DNA of 32,000 bases from Gammaproteobacteria bacterium (GCA_965279305.1 OZ257143.1:1170001-1202000), one strand, 5' to 3'. Numbered from the stretch's first letter, positions 1-11,859 are shown. The notes: a model not told the origin generated them from the sequence alone. Program-made: numbers and translations.

Positions 1-555
1 TTAGTAGGAATAGGCCTTGCCTTATTAATTGTGGTTGCGCCTTATCGTATGCAGCGTTTAACCAGTTTTATTGATCCTTGGTCTGATCAATTTAATACAG
101 GCTACCAATTAACGCAGGCCTTAATTGCATTTGGAAGAGGTGAATGGTTTGGTGCAGGATTAGGCCAAAGTGTTCAAAAATTATTTTATTTGCCTGAAGC
201 GCATACCGATTTTATTTTTGCCGTGTTTTCTGAAGAATGTGGCTTAATTGGCGGATTTATTTTTCTTTTAATTTATTGCTTAGTGTTAGCTAGAGCGTTT
301 TTAATTGCCAGAACAGCCCATCATCAACAGCAATGGTTTGCCGCTTATTTAGCGTATGGGATCACTTTATGGTTAGCATTACAAGCTTTAATCAGTATTG
401 GGGTAAATATAGGTATTTTACCTACAAAGGGGTTAACCTTACCTTTTATTAGTTATGGTGGCAGTAGTTTATTAATGACATTAATTGCAGTCGGCTTGTT
501 ATTACGCGTACAAATTGAAGTAGGTTTACCTGTTAAAGCGAAAAGGAAGAAGTGA
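1..555 (+). CDS. ftsW: Cell division SEDS glycosyltransferase FtsW (partial, 5' end off-window)
   Basis: Frame 1 is open from nt 1 (LVGIGLALLIVVAPYRMQRL...), so the gene starts upstream of the window. It carries SEDS motifs (GYQLTQALIAFGRGEWFGAGLG, LPEAHTDFIF, LPFISYGGSS). It sits directly before murG as in dcw clusters. The stop TGA 553-555 overlaps the murG start. Confidence 0.9.
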   Translation, partial: LVGIGLALLIVVAPYRMQRLTSFIDPWSDQFNTGYQLTQALIAFGRGEWFGAGLGQSVQKLFYLPEAHTDFIFAVFSEECGLIGGFIFLLIYCLVLARAFLIARTAHHQQQWFAAYLAYGITLWLALQALISIGVNIGILPTKGLTLPFISYGGSSLLMTLIAVGLLLRVQIEVGLPVKAKRKK

Positions 556-1649
556 TGAACACCTTAAAAAAAGTATTAATGGTAGCAGGTGGAACGGGTG
601 GACATGTATTTCCTGCATTAGTGGTAGCACAAGCATTACAAGAAAAAAACGTTGAAGTGCAATGGCTAGGTACACCCACCGGTATTGAAGCTGAAAGAAT
701 TCCAGCAGCCGGTATTCCGATCACTTTTATTAAAATAAAAGGGTTACGCGGAATGGGATGGCGTCGTTTAATTCGTGCTCCTTTTGATATTATCAAAGCA
801 ATTTGGGTAGCCTATGGTTTATTACGTTCATTCAAACCGGATGTGGTTTGTGCTATGGGTGGTTTTGCTGCAGGTCCTGCTGGTGTTGCTTGTTTATTAA
901 CAGGAACGCCTTTAGTGATCCAAGAGCAAAATGCGATTGCAGGATTTACTAATCGTATTTTATCGCTATGGGCTAAAAGAACTTTATTAGGATTACCTCT
1001 GAATACAACAGGTGGTCACTCTGAATTACGCGATGGCGTATTAATAGGCAATCCGTTACGACCTGCTTTATATCACACACCCGTTCCAAGTGAGCGTTTT
1101 TCAGGCAGAACAGGTGCTCTTCGTGTTTTAGTCCTAGGCGGTAGTCAGGGGGCGTTTGCTTTAAATAAATTAATTCCCCAAGCATTTGAAAAAATAAATA
1201 GTGATTTTGACATAAGGCACCAGGTTGGGCCTAAGCATTTGGAGAGTGCGCAAGCAGCATATCAAGAATGTTCCGTAAAAGCTAAACTCGTTACATTTAT
1301 TGAAGATATGGCTGAGGCTTATTCTTGGGCGGATCTGGTGATTTGCCGCTCGGGTGCGCTTACGGTTTCTGAATTATCCGCCGTAGGAGTGGCTTCATTG
1401 CTGATCCCATTTCCAGCTGCGATTGATGACCATCAAACGTATAATGGCCTCTACTTGGCCAATAGAGGCGCTGCTTTATTGCTACCTCAAGCCTCTTTAA
1501 CGCCTGCCGTATTGGCAGAGCATATAAAGCGTTTAGGTAATGATCGCAAAACCTTATTGGAAATGGCAGAAAAAGCCAGAGCAGGGGCTTATCCCCGCGC
1601 TACTGAATTGGTTATTAAAGAATTAGAGAGTGTACATGAACATAAGTAA
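552..1649 (+). CDS. murG: UDP-GlcNAc:lipid I N-acetylglucosaminyltransferase MurG
   Basis: The N-terminal GGTGGHVFPALVVAQAL motif and the C-terminal CRSGALTVSEL...DDHQ..N region are typical of MurG. The gene follows dcw order. The GTG552/ATG555 start overlaps the ftsW stop. Confidence 0.95.
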   Translation: MMNTLKKVLMVAGGTGGHVFPALVVAQALQEKNVEVQWLGTPTGIEAERIPAAGIPITFIKIKGLRGMGWRRLIRAPFDIIKAIWVAYGLLRSFKPDVVCAMGGFAAGPAGVACLLTGTPLVIQEQNAIAGFTNRILSLWAKRTLLGLPLNTTGGHSELRDGVLIGNPLRPALYHTPVPSERFSGRTGALRVLVLGGSQGAFALNKLIPQAFEKINSDFDIRHQVGPKHLESAQAAYQECSVKAKLVTFIEDMAEAYSWADLVICRSGALTVSELSAVGVASLLIPFPAAIDDHQTYNGLYLANRGAALLLPQASLTPAVLAEHIKRLGNDRKTLLEMAEKARAGAYPRATELVIKELESVHEHK

Positions 1650-3048
1650 AAATCCTTTGCATACAATGAGACGTACCCGGCATATTCACTTTGTGGGTAT
1701 TGGTGGTGCAGGTATGAGTGGCATAGCAGAAGTGCTACTTAACCAAGGTTACACCGTAACGGGCTCTGATTTAAACAGCAGCAACTCGACACAGCGTTTA
1801 CAAAAATTAGGTGCCAGTATTATGCGTGGTCACCATGCTGATAATATTATTGGTGCTGATGTGGTCGTTATTTCTAGTGCCATTCCAGAAAATAATTTAG
1901 AAGTGCTTGCAGCAAAGCTTGCACATATTCCTGTGGTTCCCCGTGCAGAAATGTTAGGCGAATTAATGCGTTTTCGTTATGGAATTGCTATTTCAGGTAC
2001 ACACGGTAAAACCACAACAACCAGTTTAATTGCCAGCATATTTGCAGAAGCTGATTTAGATCCCACTTTTATTATTGGTGGTTTGTTAAACAGCGCAGGT
2101 ACTAATGCGCGTTTAGGCAAAGGCGAACATTTAATTGCTGAAGCCGATGAAAGCGACGCTTCATTTTTGCATTTGTTACCGATGGTAACGGTAGTTACTA
2201 ATATTGATCGCGATCATATGGCGACTTATGATGGTGATTTTTCTTTATTGTGTGATACTTTTTTAAATTTTATTCATCGTTTACCTTTTTATGGTTTGGT
2301 CGTTGCATGTATAGATGATCCCACTATCAAAGAATTATTAGCTAATTTTAATCGCCCTGTATTAACTTATGGTTTTAGTGAAGAAGCGGATGTGCAAATT
2401 ACCGAATATAAACCCCATAAACAAATGTCTAAGTTTGAAATTTTTCATAAGCCGCGTGGGGAACATTTTAAATTTACATTAAATTTACCTGGGCGACATA
2501 ATGCATTGAACGCAACAGCCGCTTTGATAGTGGCTTTAGAAGAAAATATTTCTACCGAAGCAATTACCAAAGCTTTTTCAGGTTTCTCTGGTATTGGTAG
2601 ACGTTTTCAAACAACTGAGAACTTTCAATGGAACAATCATACTTTTACTGTTATTGATGATTATGGTCATCACCCACAAGAAATTCGCGCCACATTAGAA
2701 GCCATACAGGGCGCATGGCCAGATAAACGCGTGGTGATGGTATTTCAGCCTCATCGTTATAGTCGTACACAAGATTTATTTGAAGACTTTGTTGCGGTTT
2801 TATCAACGGTAAATGAATTAGTTTTATTAGAAGTATACTCAGCAGGCGAGCCTGAAATTCCGGGAGCTGATTCACGTGCATTAAGCGCTAGTATTCGACG
2901 TTTTGGCGAAGTCGATCCTATTTTTGTTCCTGAAAAACAAGAATTATTTGATACATTGAAAAAAGTAGTGAAAGACGGCGATATTTTATTGTTCCAGGGT
3001 GCCGGTGATGTAGGACGTTTAGCCGCACAATTATTAAGTGAAAAATAA
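1636..3048 (+). CDS. murC: UDP-N-acetylmuramate--L-alanine ligase MurC
   Basis: HIHFVGIGGAGMSGIAEVLL and the Mur-ligase P-loop GTHGKTTTTSL are present. The start is ambiguous (GTG1630, ATG1636 or ATG1666). ATG1636 is preferred because GAGAG lies about 5 nt upstream. The gene overlaps the murG 3' end. Confidence 0.95.
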   Translation: MNISKNPLHTMRRTRHIHFVGIGGAGMSGIAEVLLNQGYTVTGSDLNSSNSTQRLQKLGASIMRGHHADNIIGADVVVISSAIPENNLEVLAAKLAHIPVVPRAEMLGELMRFRYGIAISGTHGKTTTTSLIASIFAEADLDPTFIIGGLLNSAGTNARLGKGEHLIAEADESDASFLHLLPMVTVVTNIDRDHMATYDGDFSLLCDTFLNFIHRLPFYGLVVACIDDPTIKELLANFNRPVLTYGFSEEADVQITEYKPHKQMSKFEIFHKPRGEHFKFTLNLPGRHNALNATAALIVALEENISTEAITKAFSGFSGIGRRFQTTENFQWNNHTFTVIDDYGHHPQEIRATLEAIQGAWPDKRVVMVFQPHRYSRTQDLFEDFVAVLSTVNELVLLEVYSAGEPEIPGADSRALSASIRRFGEVDPIFVPEKQELFDTLKKVVKDGDILLFQGAGDVGRLAAQLLSEK

Positions 3049-3054
3049 AAATAG

Positions 3055-3936
3055 ATGAAACATAAAGGAACACTAGAAAAAAATATTAATTTAGCGCGTT
3101 ATAGCACATGGCGTGTGGGTGGTGATGCGCAATATGTTTATTATCCTACTGATAAGGATGATTTGGCTGAGTTTATTACCGATAAAGCATATGCCCCATT
3201 TACCTTTTTAGGCTTAGGAAGTAATGTGCTCATTAGAGATGGTGGTATTTTGGGAACCGTTATCTTTACTCAGGATGGTTTAGGTGAGATTCGGTCTATT
3301 GATGATAAAACTTTATATGTAGAGGCAGGCGTTCCTTGCGCTAAAATTGCTAAATGGTGCGCGCGCTTAGGACTAATCGGTGCTGAATTTTTTGCGGGGA
3401 TCCCAGGTTCCATGGGAGGCGCTCTTTTTATGAATGCCGGTGCATATGGTGGAGAAACGTGGAATCATGTGATTGAAGTAGAAACGGTAGATCAACAAGG
3501 TAAAATTCATAAACGAACACCTACGGATTTTGAAATCGCTTACCGACATGTAGATAGCAAGCTAAAAAATCTAGATGAATGGTTTTTAAGCGCCACCTTA
3601 CGATTTGAATTAGGCGATGGGACAAAAGCGCAAGAAAAAGTAAAAGTGCTATTACATCAACGTAATGAAAGCCAACCTATTGGCTTACCCAGTGGCGGTT
3701 CTGTTTTTCGTAATCCGCCAGGCGATTACGCAGCGCGTTTAATTGAAGCATCTGGTTTAAAAGGTTATAGTTTAGGTGGTGCTCAAGTGTCGCCTAAACA
3801 TGCGAATTTTATTATTAATACAGGCGAATCAACAGCGGCTGATATTGAAAATTTAATAGCGTATGTTCAAAAAACTGTTCAAGATAAATTTGGCATATTA
3901 CTGGAACCCGAAGTTAAAATACTGGGTCAACCTTAA
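3055..3936 (+). CDS. murB: UDP-N-acetylenolpyruvoylglucosamine reductase MurB
   Basis: FAD-binding region (YSTWRVGG, LGLGSNVLIRDGG) and C-terminal GSVFRNP...SPKHANFIIN motifs are present. The gene follows dcw order. Confidence 0.95.
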   Translation: MKHKGTLEKNINLARYSTWRVGGDAQYVYYPTDKDDLAEFITDKAYAPFTFLGLGSNVLIRDGGILGTVIFTQDGLGEIRSIDDKTLYVEAGVPCAKIAKWCARLGLIGAEFFAGIPGSMGGALFMNAGAYGGETWNHVIEVETVDQQGKIHKRTPTDFEIAYRHVDSKLKNLDEWFLSATLRFELGDGTKAQEKVKVLLHQRNESQPIGLPSGGSVFRNPPGDYAARLIEASGLKGYSLGGAQVSPKHANFIINTGESTAADIENLIAYVQKTVQDKFGILLEPEVKILGQP

Positions 3937-3964
3937 TAAATAAAAGTAAAAATAAGGATATAAA

Positions 3965-4927
3965 ATGAAAGCACTTCCTTCTCTTGCTTCCACATTATTA
4001 GAAAATTATCCCAAAGATCCGGCTTTATACGGAAAAGTTGCGGTGTTAATGGGGGGATGGGCTGAATATGACGTTTCTATTAATTCAGGAACCGAAGTGT
4101 TGAAAGCATTAAAATCCGCAGGTGTTGACGCACACGAAGTGCTAATTAAAACTGATAATGATTGGCTTAAAAAATTAATGGCTGGAAAATTCGATCGTGT
4201 TTTTATTGCTTTGCATGGAAGAGTGGGTGAAGATGGAACCATGCAAGGTGCATTAGAAATTTTAGGACTTCCTTATACGGGTACGGGTGTTTGTCCTTCT
4301 GCTATTGCCATGAATAAATTAAGAACAAAACAAATTTGGAAAGCGGCTGATTTACCTACAGTACCTTTTGAAATACTTTCACCCGATTTTAAACCAGAAG
4401 CCATTGTAAAAAAATATGGTTTACCTTTAGCAGTAAAGCCGGTGAATGGTGGTTCTTCTTTTGGTGTTTCAAAAGTGAAAAAAGTTGAACAATTACCAGA
4501 CGCTTATCAATTAGCTTTACAATATGATAATACCGTTATGGTTGAGCCTTGGATTGAATCAACAGAGTATGTTGTGCCTATTTTAGGCGGATATGCGCTT
4601 CCTAGTGTGCTTATAAAGCCTACGCAAGAATTTTTTGATTATCAGGCCAAATATATTGATGACAATACGGGTTTCTTTTGCCCTAGTGGTTTGAGTGATA
4701 AGGAAGAAAAAGAAATAAGACAATTAGCCGAAAATGCTTTTAATAGTCTTGGCTGTACTTCTTTGGCGCGACTTGATATTTTAAGAGATCAAACAGGAAA
4801 GTTTTGGTTAATGGAAATTAATACGATTCCAGGTATGACTACACACAGCACAACGCCTAGAACAGTAGGTGTTTTGGGCTATACTTTTACGGATTTTGTT
4901 CTCACACTATTAGCTATGACACTATAA
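3965..4927 (+). CDS. ddl: D-alanine--D-alanine ligase
   Basis: ATP-grasp Ddl motifs LHGRVGEDGTMQGALEILGLPYTG and EINTIPGMT are present. An SD AAGGA lies upstream. The gene follows dcw order. Confidence 0.93.
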   Translation: MKALPSLASTLLENYPKDPALYGKVAVLMGGWAEYDVSINSGTEVLKALKSAGVDAHEVLIKTDNDWLKKLMAGKFDRVFIALHGRVGEDGTMQGALEILGLPYTGTGVCPSAIAMNKLRTKQIWKAADLPTVPFEILSPDFKPEAIVKKYGLPLAVKPVNGGSSFGVSKVKKVEQLPDAYQLALQYDNTVMVEPWIESTEYVVPILGGYALPSVLIKPTQEFFDYQAKYIDDNTGFFCPSGLSDKEEKEIRQLAENAFNSLGCTSLARLDILRDQTGKFWLMEINTIPGMTTHSTTPRTVGVLGYTFTDFVLTLLAMTL

Positions 4928-4928
4928 T

Positions 4929-5609
4929 ATGAGAATTTTTCTCTTACTATTGATGCTGGTTTGCGGCGGATTAGCAGTAGCCTACGTTTATCAGAATGAA
5001 ATTCTACCTGTACGCCAAGTGCAAATTGACGGTAGCTTAGATCACGTTAATTTAGCGGAAGTAGAAAAAGCCTTGTTACCTTATGTGCAACATGGTTTAT
5101 TAGGTATTGATGTAACCGCTTTGCAAAATTCTTTAATTACATTGCCATGGATTGCGCAAGCACGAGTATCGCGTATGTGGCCTGATACGGTGCATGTATG
5201 GTTAGCCGAACCTCAAGCGGTTGCACTGTGGGCCAATAATGGTATTGTGAGTGAAGAGGGTAGAGTGTATTACTTGCCGCCAGGTGAAACATTACCCAAC
5301 CTGCCGGTATTTGAAGGCTTGGAAGGACAATCTCAATTAATGCTGAGTCATTATCAAGATATGCAACTTATTCTTCAGCCTTTAGATTTACAGGTGCAGC
5401 GTTTAATTTTAACGCCTAGACAATCGTGGGAAGTGCAACTCAATAACGGAATTAGAGTTCGTTTAGGGCAGCAAGATACACTTCCTCGTTTAGAACGTTT
5501 TGTTTCTGCTTATCCCCATCTCACTGCCGATCCTACCCAACCAATTGATTATGTTGATCTACGATACCCTAACGGTTTAGCTGTCAAAGTACGTGAAAAA
5601 CAGATATAG
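4929..5609 (+). CDS. ftsQ: Cell division protein FtsQ
   Basis: A single N-terminal TM (IFLLLLMLVCGGLAVAYVY) is followed by a POTRA-like region. The ATG lies 1 nt after the ddl stop. The position between ddl and ftsA is canonical. Confidence 0.85.
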   Translation: MRIFLLLLMLVCGGLAVAYVYQNEILPVRQVQIDGSLDHVNLAEVEKALLPYVQHGLLGIDVTALQNSLITLPWIAQARVSRMWPDTVHVWLAEPQAVALWANNGIVSEEGRVYYLPPGETLPNLPVFEGLEGQSQLMLSHYQDMQLILQPLDLQVQRLILTPRQSWEVQLNNGIRVRLGQQDTLPRLERFVSAYPHLTADPTQPIDYVDLRYPNGLAVKVREKQI

Positions 5610-5672
5610 TTGGTTTATACTGTTGGCAACATGCTCGATCGGATCACGACAGAACGCAAAGGGATTTAGGTT

Positions 5673-6908
5673 ATGGCCAAGAAGCCAGAAAAGAATTTAC
5701 TCGTCAGCTTAGATATTGGTACTTCTAAAGTGGCTGTTATAGTCGCGGAAGTCACAGATAAAAATACACTTGAAGTAATAGGATACGGTGTACAACCTTC
5801 ACGCGGCCTTAAACGCGGTATTATTGTTAATATAGAGTCTACTGCTCTTGCCATTCAAAATGCAATTGAGCAAGCTGAATTAATGACAGGATGTGAAATA
5901 CATTCGGTTTACACTAGCATTTCAGGCAGCCATATTCGTGGAATGAACTCACATGGTATTGTGGCTGTACATCAAACAGAAGTTTCTGCACAAGACGTTG
6001 ATAGAGTAATCGATGCGGCTAGAGCAGTTGCATTTCCTGCTGATCAAAAAATTCTACATATTTTACCCCAAGAATACGCTATCGATAATGAATCAGTACG
6101 TGAACCGATTGGTATGTCGGGTGTGCGGCTAGAAGCACAAGCTCATATTGTTACCGCTTCAGTTAGCGCTATACAGAACGTAGCTAAATGCATACAACGT
6201 TGTGGCCTTGTAGTTGATGATATTATTTTAGAGCCGCTAGCAGCCAGCCAAGCGGTGTTAACCGAAGATGAAAAAGAATTAGGCGTTTGTCTTGTTAATA
6301 TTGGTGGTGGTACCACTGATATTGTTGTTTTTTTAAACGGCGCTATTCGTCATACCGCTGTTATTCCTATTGCAGGTGATCAAGTGACTAATGATTTAGT
6401 CGTTGCATTGCGTACACCTATCAACTGCGCAGAAGAAATTAAAATTCAACATGCATGTGCGCTCACCAATCTAGCTAACATAGAAGAAACTATTGAAGTA
6501 CCAACTGTAGGTGAAAGACCTCCACGTCGATTATCCAGACGTTTGTTAGCCGAAGTAATTGAACCTCGTTATGAAGAATTGTTTTCTTTAGTGCAGGCAG
6601 AGTTACGTAGAAGTGGATATGAAGACTCTTTAGCATCAGGTATTGTTTTAACAGGTGGTAGTGCAAAAGCTGCTGGTGTTGTTGAATTAGCCGAAGAAAT
6701 TTTTCATATTCCTGTGCGTTTAGGTTACCCTATGCAAAATGTTGGTGGTTTACCTGAAATAATTGAAAATCCTGCTTTTGCAACCGGAGTAGGTTTGTTA
6801 GCATACGGACATTTACAGCAAATGTCTTTGCAGTTGTCTGGCGAAGGCAAATCTTCTTTCAAAAATTTATGGCATAAAATGAAAAGTTGGTTTCAAGGTA
6901 GTTTTTAA
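5673..6908 (+). CDS. ftsA: Cell division protein FtsA (actin-like ATPase)
   Basis: DIGTSKV and GGGTTDI phosphate-binding motifs and a C-terminal amphipathic membrane-targeting helix (LWHKMKSWFQGSF) are present. Confidence 0.95.
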   Translation: MAKKPEKNLLVSLDIGTSKVAVIVAEVTDKNTLEVIGYGVQPSRGLKRGIIVNIESTALAIQNAIEQAELMTGCEIHSVYTSISGSHIRGMNSHGIVAVHQTEVSAQDVDRVIDAARAVAFPADQKILHILPQEYAIDNESVREPIGMSGVRLEAQAHIVTASVSAIQNVAKCIQRCGLVVDDIILEPLAASQAVLTEDEKELGVCLVNIGGGTTDIVVFLNGAIRHTAVIPIAGDQVTNDLVVALRTPINCAEEIKIQHACALTNLANIEETIEVPTVGERPPRRLSRRLLAEVIEPRYEELFSLVQAELRRSGYEDSLASGIVLTGGSAKAAGVVELAEEIFHIPVRLGYPMQNVGGLPEIIENPAFATGVGLLAYGHLQQMSLQLSGEGKSSFKNLWHKMKSWFQGSF

Positions 6909-7026
6909 TTTGATAGACTAGTGCAAGAATGGGTACATGCCCTTATAACAATAATTAAATAATGATATAACAAGCGAGTTAAATATGGCAAAAGCACCCA
7001 AAGTGCCTGAAGTGGAGGAGATGGAT

Positions 7027-8229
7027 ATGTTTGAACTAGGAGAAAACCCCGCTCAGAACGCGGTGATAAAAGTAATTGGTGTGGGCGGCGGCGGCGGTAA
7101 CGCAGTGGAACATATGTTGGCCCAAAAAGTAGAAGGCGTTGAATTTATTTGTGCTAACACTGATGCTCAAGCACTTAATAATTCATCTGCTCCTCTTATT
7201 ATTCAGTTAGGTAATAATATTACTAAAGGTTTAGGTGCGGGCGCGAATCCAGAAGTGGGTAGACAAGCCGCTAAAGAAGATTGCGAGGCGATCGCAAAAG
7301 TATTAGAAGGTGCTGATATGGTTTTCATCACCGCAGGTATGGGCGGTGGTACCGGAACGGGTGCTGCACCTGTAGTCGCACAAGTAGCTAGAGATATGGG
7401 CATTTTAACCGTGGCTGTGGTAACACGTCCTTTTGCTTTTGAAGGCAGAAAACGTATGCAAGTGGCTGAGCAAGGTATTAGCGATTTAGCACAACAAGTC
7501 GATTCTTTAATTACCATCCCTAATGAAAAATTATTAAGTGTATTAGGTAAAGGCGTTTCATTATTGGATGCTTTTAAAGCAGCTAACAATGTGCTTTTAG
7601 GCGCTGTTCAAGGTATTGCTGAATTAATTACACGCCCAGGTTTAATCAATGTAGATTTTGCTGACGTGCGTACTGTTATGCGCGAAATGGGTATGGCGAT
7701 GATGGGAACGGGCGTGGCAAAAGGTGAAAACCGAGCTCGCTTGGCGGCAGAAGCGGCAGTGGCTAGCCCATTATTAGAGGAAATCGATTTATCAGGCGCG
7801 AGAGGGGTATTGGTTAATATCACGGCTGGCCTGGATATGGCGATTGGCGAATTCGAAGAAGTAGGTGAAGTGGTTAAAAGCTTTACTTCTGATGATGCTA
7901 CGGTAGTGGTAGGAACGGTTATCGATCCTAGCATGTCGGATGAAATGCGCGTTACCGTGGTTGCTACGGGCTTAGGTTTGCACTCTATTTTAGGGCAGGC
8001 AGGCGCTGGCTTGAGTGGTCGTGGCGTACAAATGGAAAGACCCATCAGAGCGACTGAAAATATTAAAGAACCCGCTATGGCAGGTGATTTCCGTTTTGAG
8101 CGTCCTATGACGGCTCGCGGTAATAAGTCTCCCATTGGCAATAATATGGGGTCAAAGGGCTCTGCGGGCAGCAGTACTGATGTAGATTACCTAGATATTC
8201 CTGCGTTTTTGAGAAGACAATCTGACTAA
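7027..8229 (+). CDS. ftsZ: Cell division GTPase FtsZ
   Basis: The tubulin signature [21 protein letters not shown] and the conserved C-terminal peptide [12 protein letters not shown] are present. The track ORF starts at 6985, but GGAGGAG (7014-7020) sits 6 nt before ATG7027. That start yields the canonical MFEL... N-terminus, so 7027 is preferred. Confidence 0.96.
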   Translation: MFELGENPAQNAVIKVIGVGGGGGNAVEHMLAQKVEGVEFICANTDAQALNNSSAPLIIQLGNNITKGLGAGANPEVGRQAAKEDCEAIAKVLEGADMVFITAGMGGGTGTGAAPVVAQVARDMGILTVAVVTRPFAFEGRKRMQVAEQGISDLAQQVDSLITIPNEKLLSVLGKGVSLLDAFKAANNVLLGAVQGIAELITRPGLINVDFADVRTVMREMGMAMMGTGVAKGENRARLAAEAAVASPLLEEIDLSGARGVLVNITAGLDMAIGEFEEVGEVVKSFTSDDATVVVGTVIDPSMSDEMRVTVVATGLGLHSILGQAGAGLSGRGVQMERPIRATENIKEPAMAGDFRFERPMTARGNKSPIGNNMGSKGSAGSSTDVDYLDIPAFLRRQSD

Positions 8230-8300
8230 AAACCTCGTTATTTTGCTCTACTACCCAAAATGGGCTATCTTTAGATTAGCCATGAGGGGTCAAGTGGGGG

Positions 8301-8329
8301 TGCAAAGCCTGGCTCAGTTATGGTACAAT
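8301..8329 (+). promoter_or_regulatory. Candidate extended -10 sigma70 promoter for lpxC
   Basis: TGgTACAAT lies at 8321-8329 (TG at 8321-8322, hexamer at 8324-8329). A weak -35-like TGCAAA lies 17 nt upstream (8301-8306). The site is in the 199-nt ftsZ-lpxC spacer. E. coli lpxC also has its own promoter there. Confidence 0.3.
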
Positions 8330-8428
8330 TATGCCCATAATGTGGCTGCCTGACTATCTAACAAGAGTCTAGTAGAAGGCAGTTGGACAAGGGAAAAAAT
8401 AGTAGAGCCAGGATGGCTAGGGTAAAAG

Positions 8429-9355
8429 ATGATAAAGCAACGCACTTTAAAGAATACCATACGCGCAACGGGTATCGGTGTTCATACCGGTAACAAAATC
8501 TATTTAACCCTGCGCCCAGCTCCCATTGATACCGGCATCATTTTTTGCCGCGTAGACTTAGCCGAGCCTGTTCAAATTAAAGCTTCTCCTGAATATGTTT
8601 CTGACACCGCTATGTCTACCACTTTGCAAAAAGGTAAAGTGAGCATAGCTACTGTAGAACACTTAATGTCAGCTTTTGCAGGATTAGGCATTGATAATGC
8701 TTATGTAGATGTCTCTGCTCCTGAAGTACCTATTATGGATGGCAGTGCTAGCCCATTTGTTTTTCTCATTCAATCTGCAGGCATTGCTACTCAAGATGCT
8801 CCCAAAAAATTTATACGTATTAAAAAGAAAATTGAAGTAAAAGAAGGGGATAAATTTGCTTCTTTAGAACCTTATAATGGTTTTCGAATGAATTTTTCTA
8901 TTGATTTTGCACATCCTATTTTTAAAGGTAAAGAGCAAAAAGCCACTGTTGATTTTTCTGCAGCTTCTTTTGTTAAAGAAATTAGCCGTGCCAGAACATT
9001 TGGTTTTTTACGCGATGCAGAAAGATTACGTGCCATGAACTTAGCTTTAGGCGCTAGTATGGATAACACCGTAGTTTTAGACGATTATCGTGTATTAAAT
9101 GAAGATGGTTTACGTTACGAAGATGAATTTGTTAAACATAAAATGTTAGATGCAGTCGGTGATTTATATTTGTTAGGTAAAAATGTGATTGGCGATTTTA
9201 CTGGCCATAAATCAGGCCATACTTTAAATAATTTATTACTCAAAGAATTGCTGGCTCATCCAAAATCGTGGGAGTTAGTGACTTTTGAAACTGTTGCTGA
9301 CGCTCCACCGGCTTATGTGTGGTCTGATGCTGACGGCGCTGTGTCTGCAGGTTAA
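8429..9355 (+). CDS. lpxC: UDP-3-O-acyl-GlcNAc deacetylase LpxC
   Basis: The product begins [32 protein letters not shown] and contains [16 protein letters not shown] and [12 protein letters not shown] motifs. The position after ftsZ is canonical. Confidence 0.95.
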   Translation: MIKQRTLKNTIRATGIGVHTGNKIYLTLRPAPIDTGIIFCRVDLAEPVQIKASPEYVSDTAMSTTLQKGKVSIATVEHLMSAFAGLGIDNAYVDVSAPEVPIMDGSASPFVFLIQSAGIATQDAPKKFIRIKKKIEVKEGDKFASLEPYNGFRMNFSIDFAHPIFKGKEQKATVDFSAASFVKEISRARTFGFLRDAERLRAMNLALGASMDNTVVLDDYRVLNEDGLRYEDEFVKHKMLDAVGDLYLLGKNVIGDFTGHKSGHTLNNLLLKELLAHPKSWELVTFETVADAPPAYVWSDADGAVSAG

Positions 9356-10714
9356 TCAAAAATCTTCCCTGGATTTAAAATATGATGTGGATCAAACTGG
9401 CGTTTGATTTTTCTCATCATTTCCAAACTTACCGAATCTAACTCGCGATAAACAAACGGTTTCTTGGATAAACCAATGCCATGTTCACCCGATAAAGTTC
9501 CATTCAGCGATAAAACCAAATCAAAAACCGCATCTAAACAAGGTGCTATTTGTAGTGCTTGAGCGCTATTAGCGGGATCATATAATAAATTAACATGAAT
9601 ATTTCCATTACCAGCATGACCAAAATTCACAATGGGTATGCCATGCTCGTCGCTTAATTTATTTAGGCCATCGATCAATTCAGGTAAAGCCGATACAGGA
9701 ACCACTACATCTTCATTAATTTTTTCAGGCGCAAATCGGCGTAGTGCAGGAGAAATGGATTTCCGTGCTTGCCATAAATCGGCTTGTTCTTCTTTTGTTG
9801 TTGCGGTTTTCCAATCAATTAATCCTTTGTTTTCAGCGGCTTTTTTTAATTGATCAATATGATGCGGCATAGCATCTGCAAAACCGTCAACTTCAATAAT
9901 TAATAAAGCAGCGGTATTATTAGGCAAATCAAGAGAGTTAAATTCTTGAATAATCTGAATAGTTTTAGTATCCATAAACTCTAACATATAAGGAACGACT
10001 GGTTGCGACATAATGCTAGCAATCGCTTTAGTTGCATCATGAATGTTAGAATAGGCGGCACGAATAGTGGATCGTGTTTCTGGTAATGGTGTGAGTTTTA
10101 AAATAGCACTAGTAATAATAGCTAAAGTGCCCTCACTACCAATTAATAAACGCGTTAAATCATATCCTACTACGCCTTTAGTTGTGCGCACACCGGTATG
10201 TAATGTTTCGCCTGTACCGGTAACGGCAGTAAGACCTAATGTGTTTTCTCTAGGTGTTCCATATTTAATAGCACGCGGTCCTGCGGAGTTATAAGCTAAA
10301 TTTCCGCCTATGGTGCAATAGCCCATACTAGTGGGATCAGGCGGCCAAAAAAAACCGTGTTTTGCTGCTTCGCTCTGACAATTTTGATTAATTACACCGG
10401 CTTCCACTATCATATAGCGATCATCCGGTGACATATTTATAATTTTTTGCATACGTTCTAAGCTAAGCACAATACCATTTGCTTCAGGAACGCTTCCACC
10501 GGGTGTGCCTGTGCCACGTCCGCGCGCCGTAACAGGAATATGGTTTTCATAACAGTATTTAACGACGGTTACTACGTCTTCATGTGATTGAGCAAATATA
10601 ACAGCAATAGGTAATATTTGTTGGCGGCTATTATCATAACTATAAGCCAAACATTCAGCAGGATCAGTGAGTACTTGATCTTGTGAAAGTTGCTTAAGCA
10701 ATGCTTGAATAGAA

Positions 10715-11859
<1,145 letters not shown>

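Noticed and set aside
6985-7026. N-terminal extensions implied by the longest ORFs: ftsZ 6985, rsmI 14101, yraN 12282, nlpD 16786 and msrA 28882
   Set aside because: In each case an internal ATG has a properly spaced SD or a stop/start coupling overlap. Each internal start also restores the canonical N-terminus (MFEL..., lipobox signal peptide, and so on). The extensions are treated as non-coding.
7081-7100. GGCGGCGGCGGCGG trinucleotide run
   Set aside because: It simply encodes the invariant Fts[10 protein letters not shown] glycine-rich signature. It is not a microsatellite or regulatory repeat.
7203-8141. Two long antisense ORFs (7203..7589 and 7608..8141, minus strand) inside ftsZ
   Set aside because: They lie opposite one of the best-supported genes in the window. 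Their products are low-complexity (Ala/Pro/Ser/Thr-rich), as expected from the reverse complement of Gly/Ala/Val-rich coding sequence. No SD or family motif is present.
8282-8353. 23-codon ORF (MRGQVGVQSLAQLWYNYAHNVAA) in the ftsZ-lpxC spacer
   Set aside because: There is no SD. It overlaps the better-supported promoter candidate. The peptide has no features of a leader or membrane peptide.
10338-10347. Homopolymer runs of 8 nt inside coding regions: A8 at ~10339-10346 in the oxidase gene, T8 at 26096-26103, and T8 at ~28726-28733 in msrA
   Set aside because: They are too short and too common in an AT-rich genome to argue for phase variation. All are currently in-frame.
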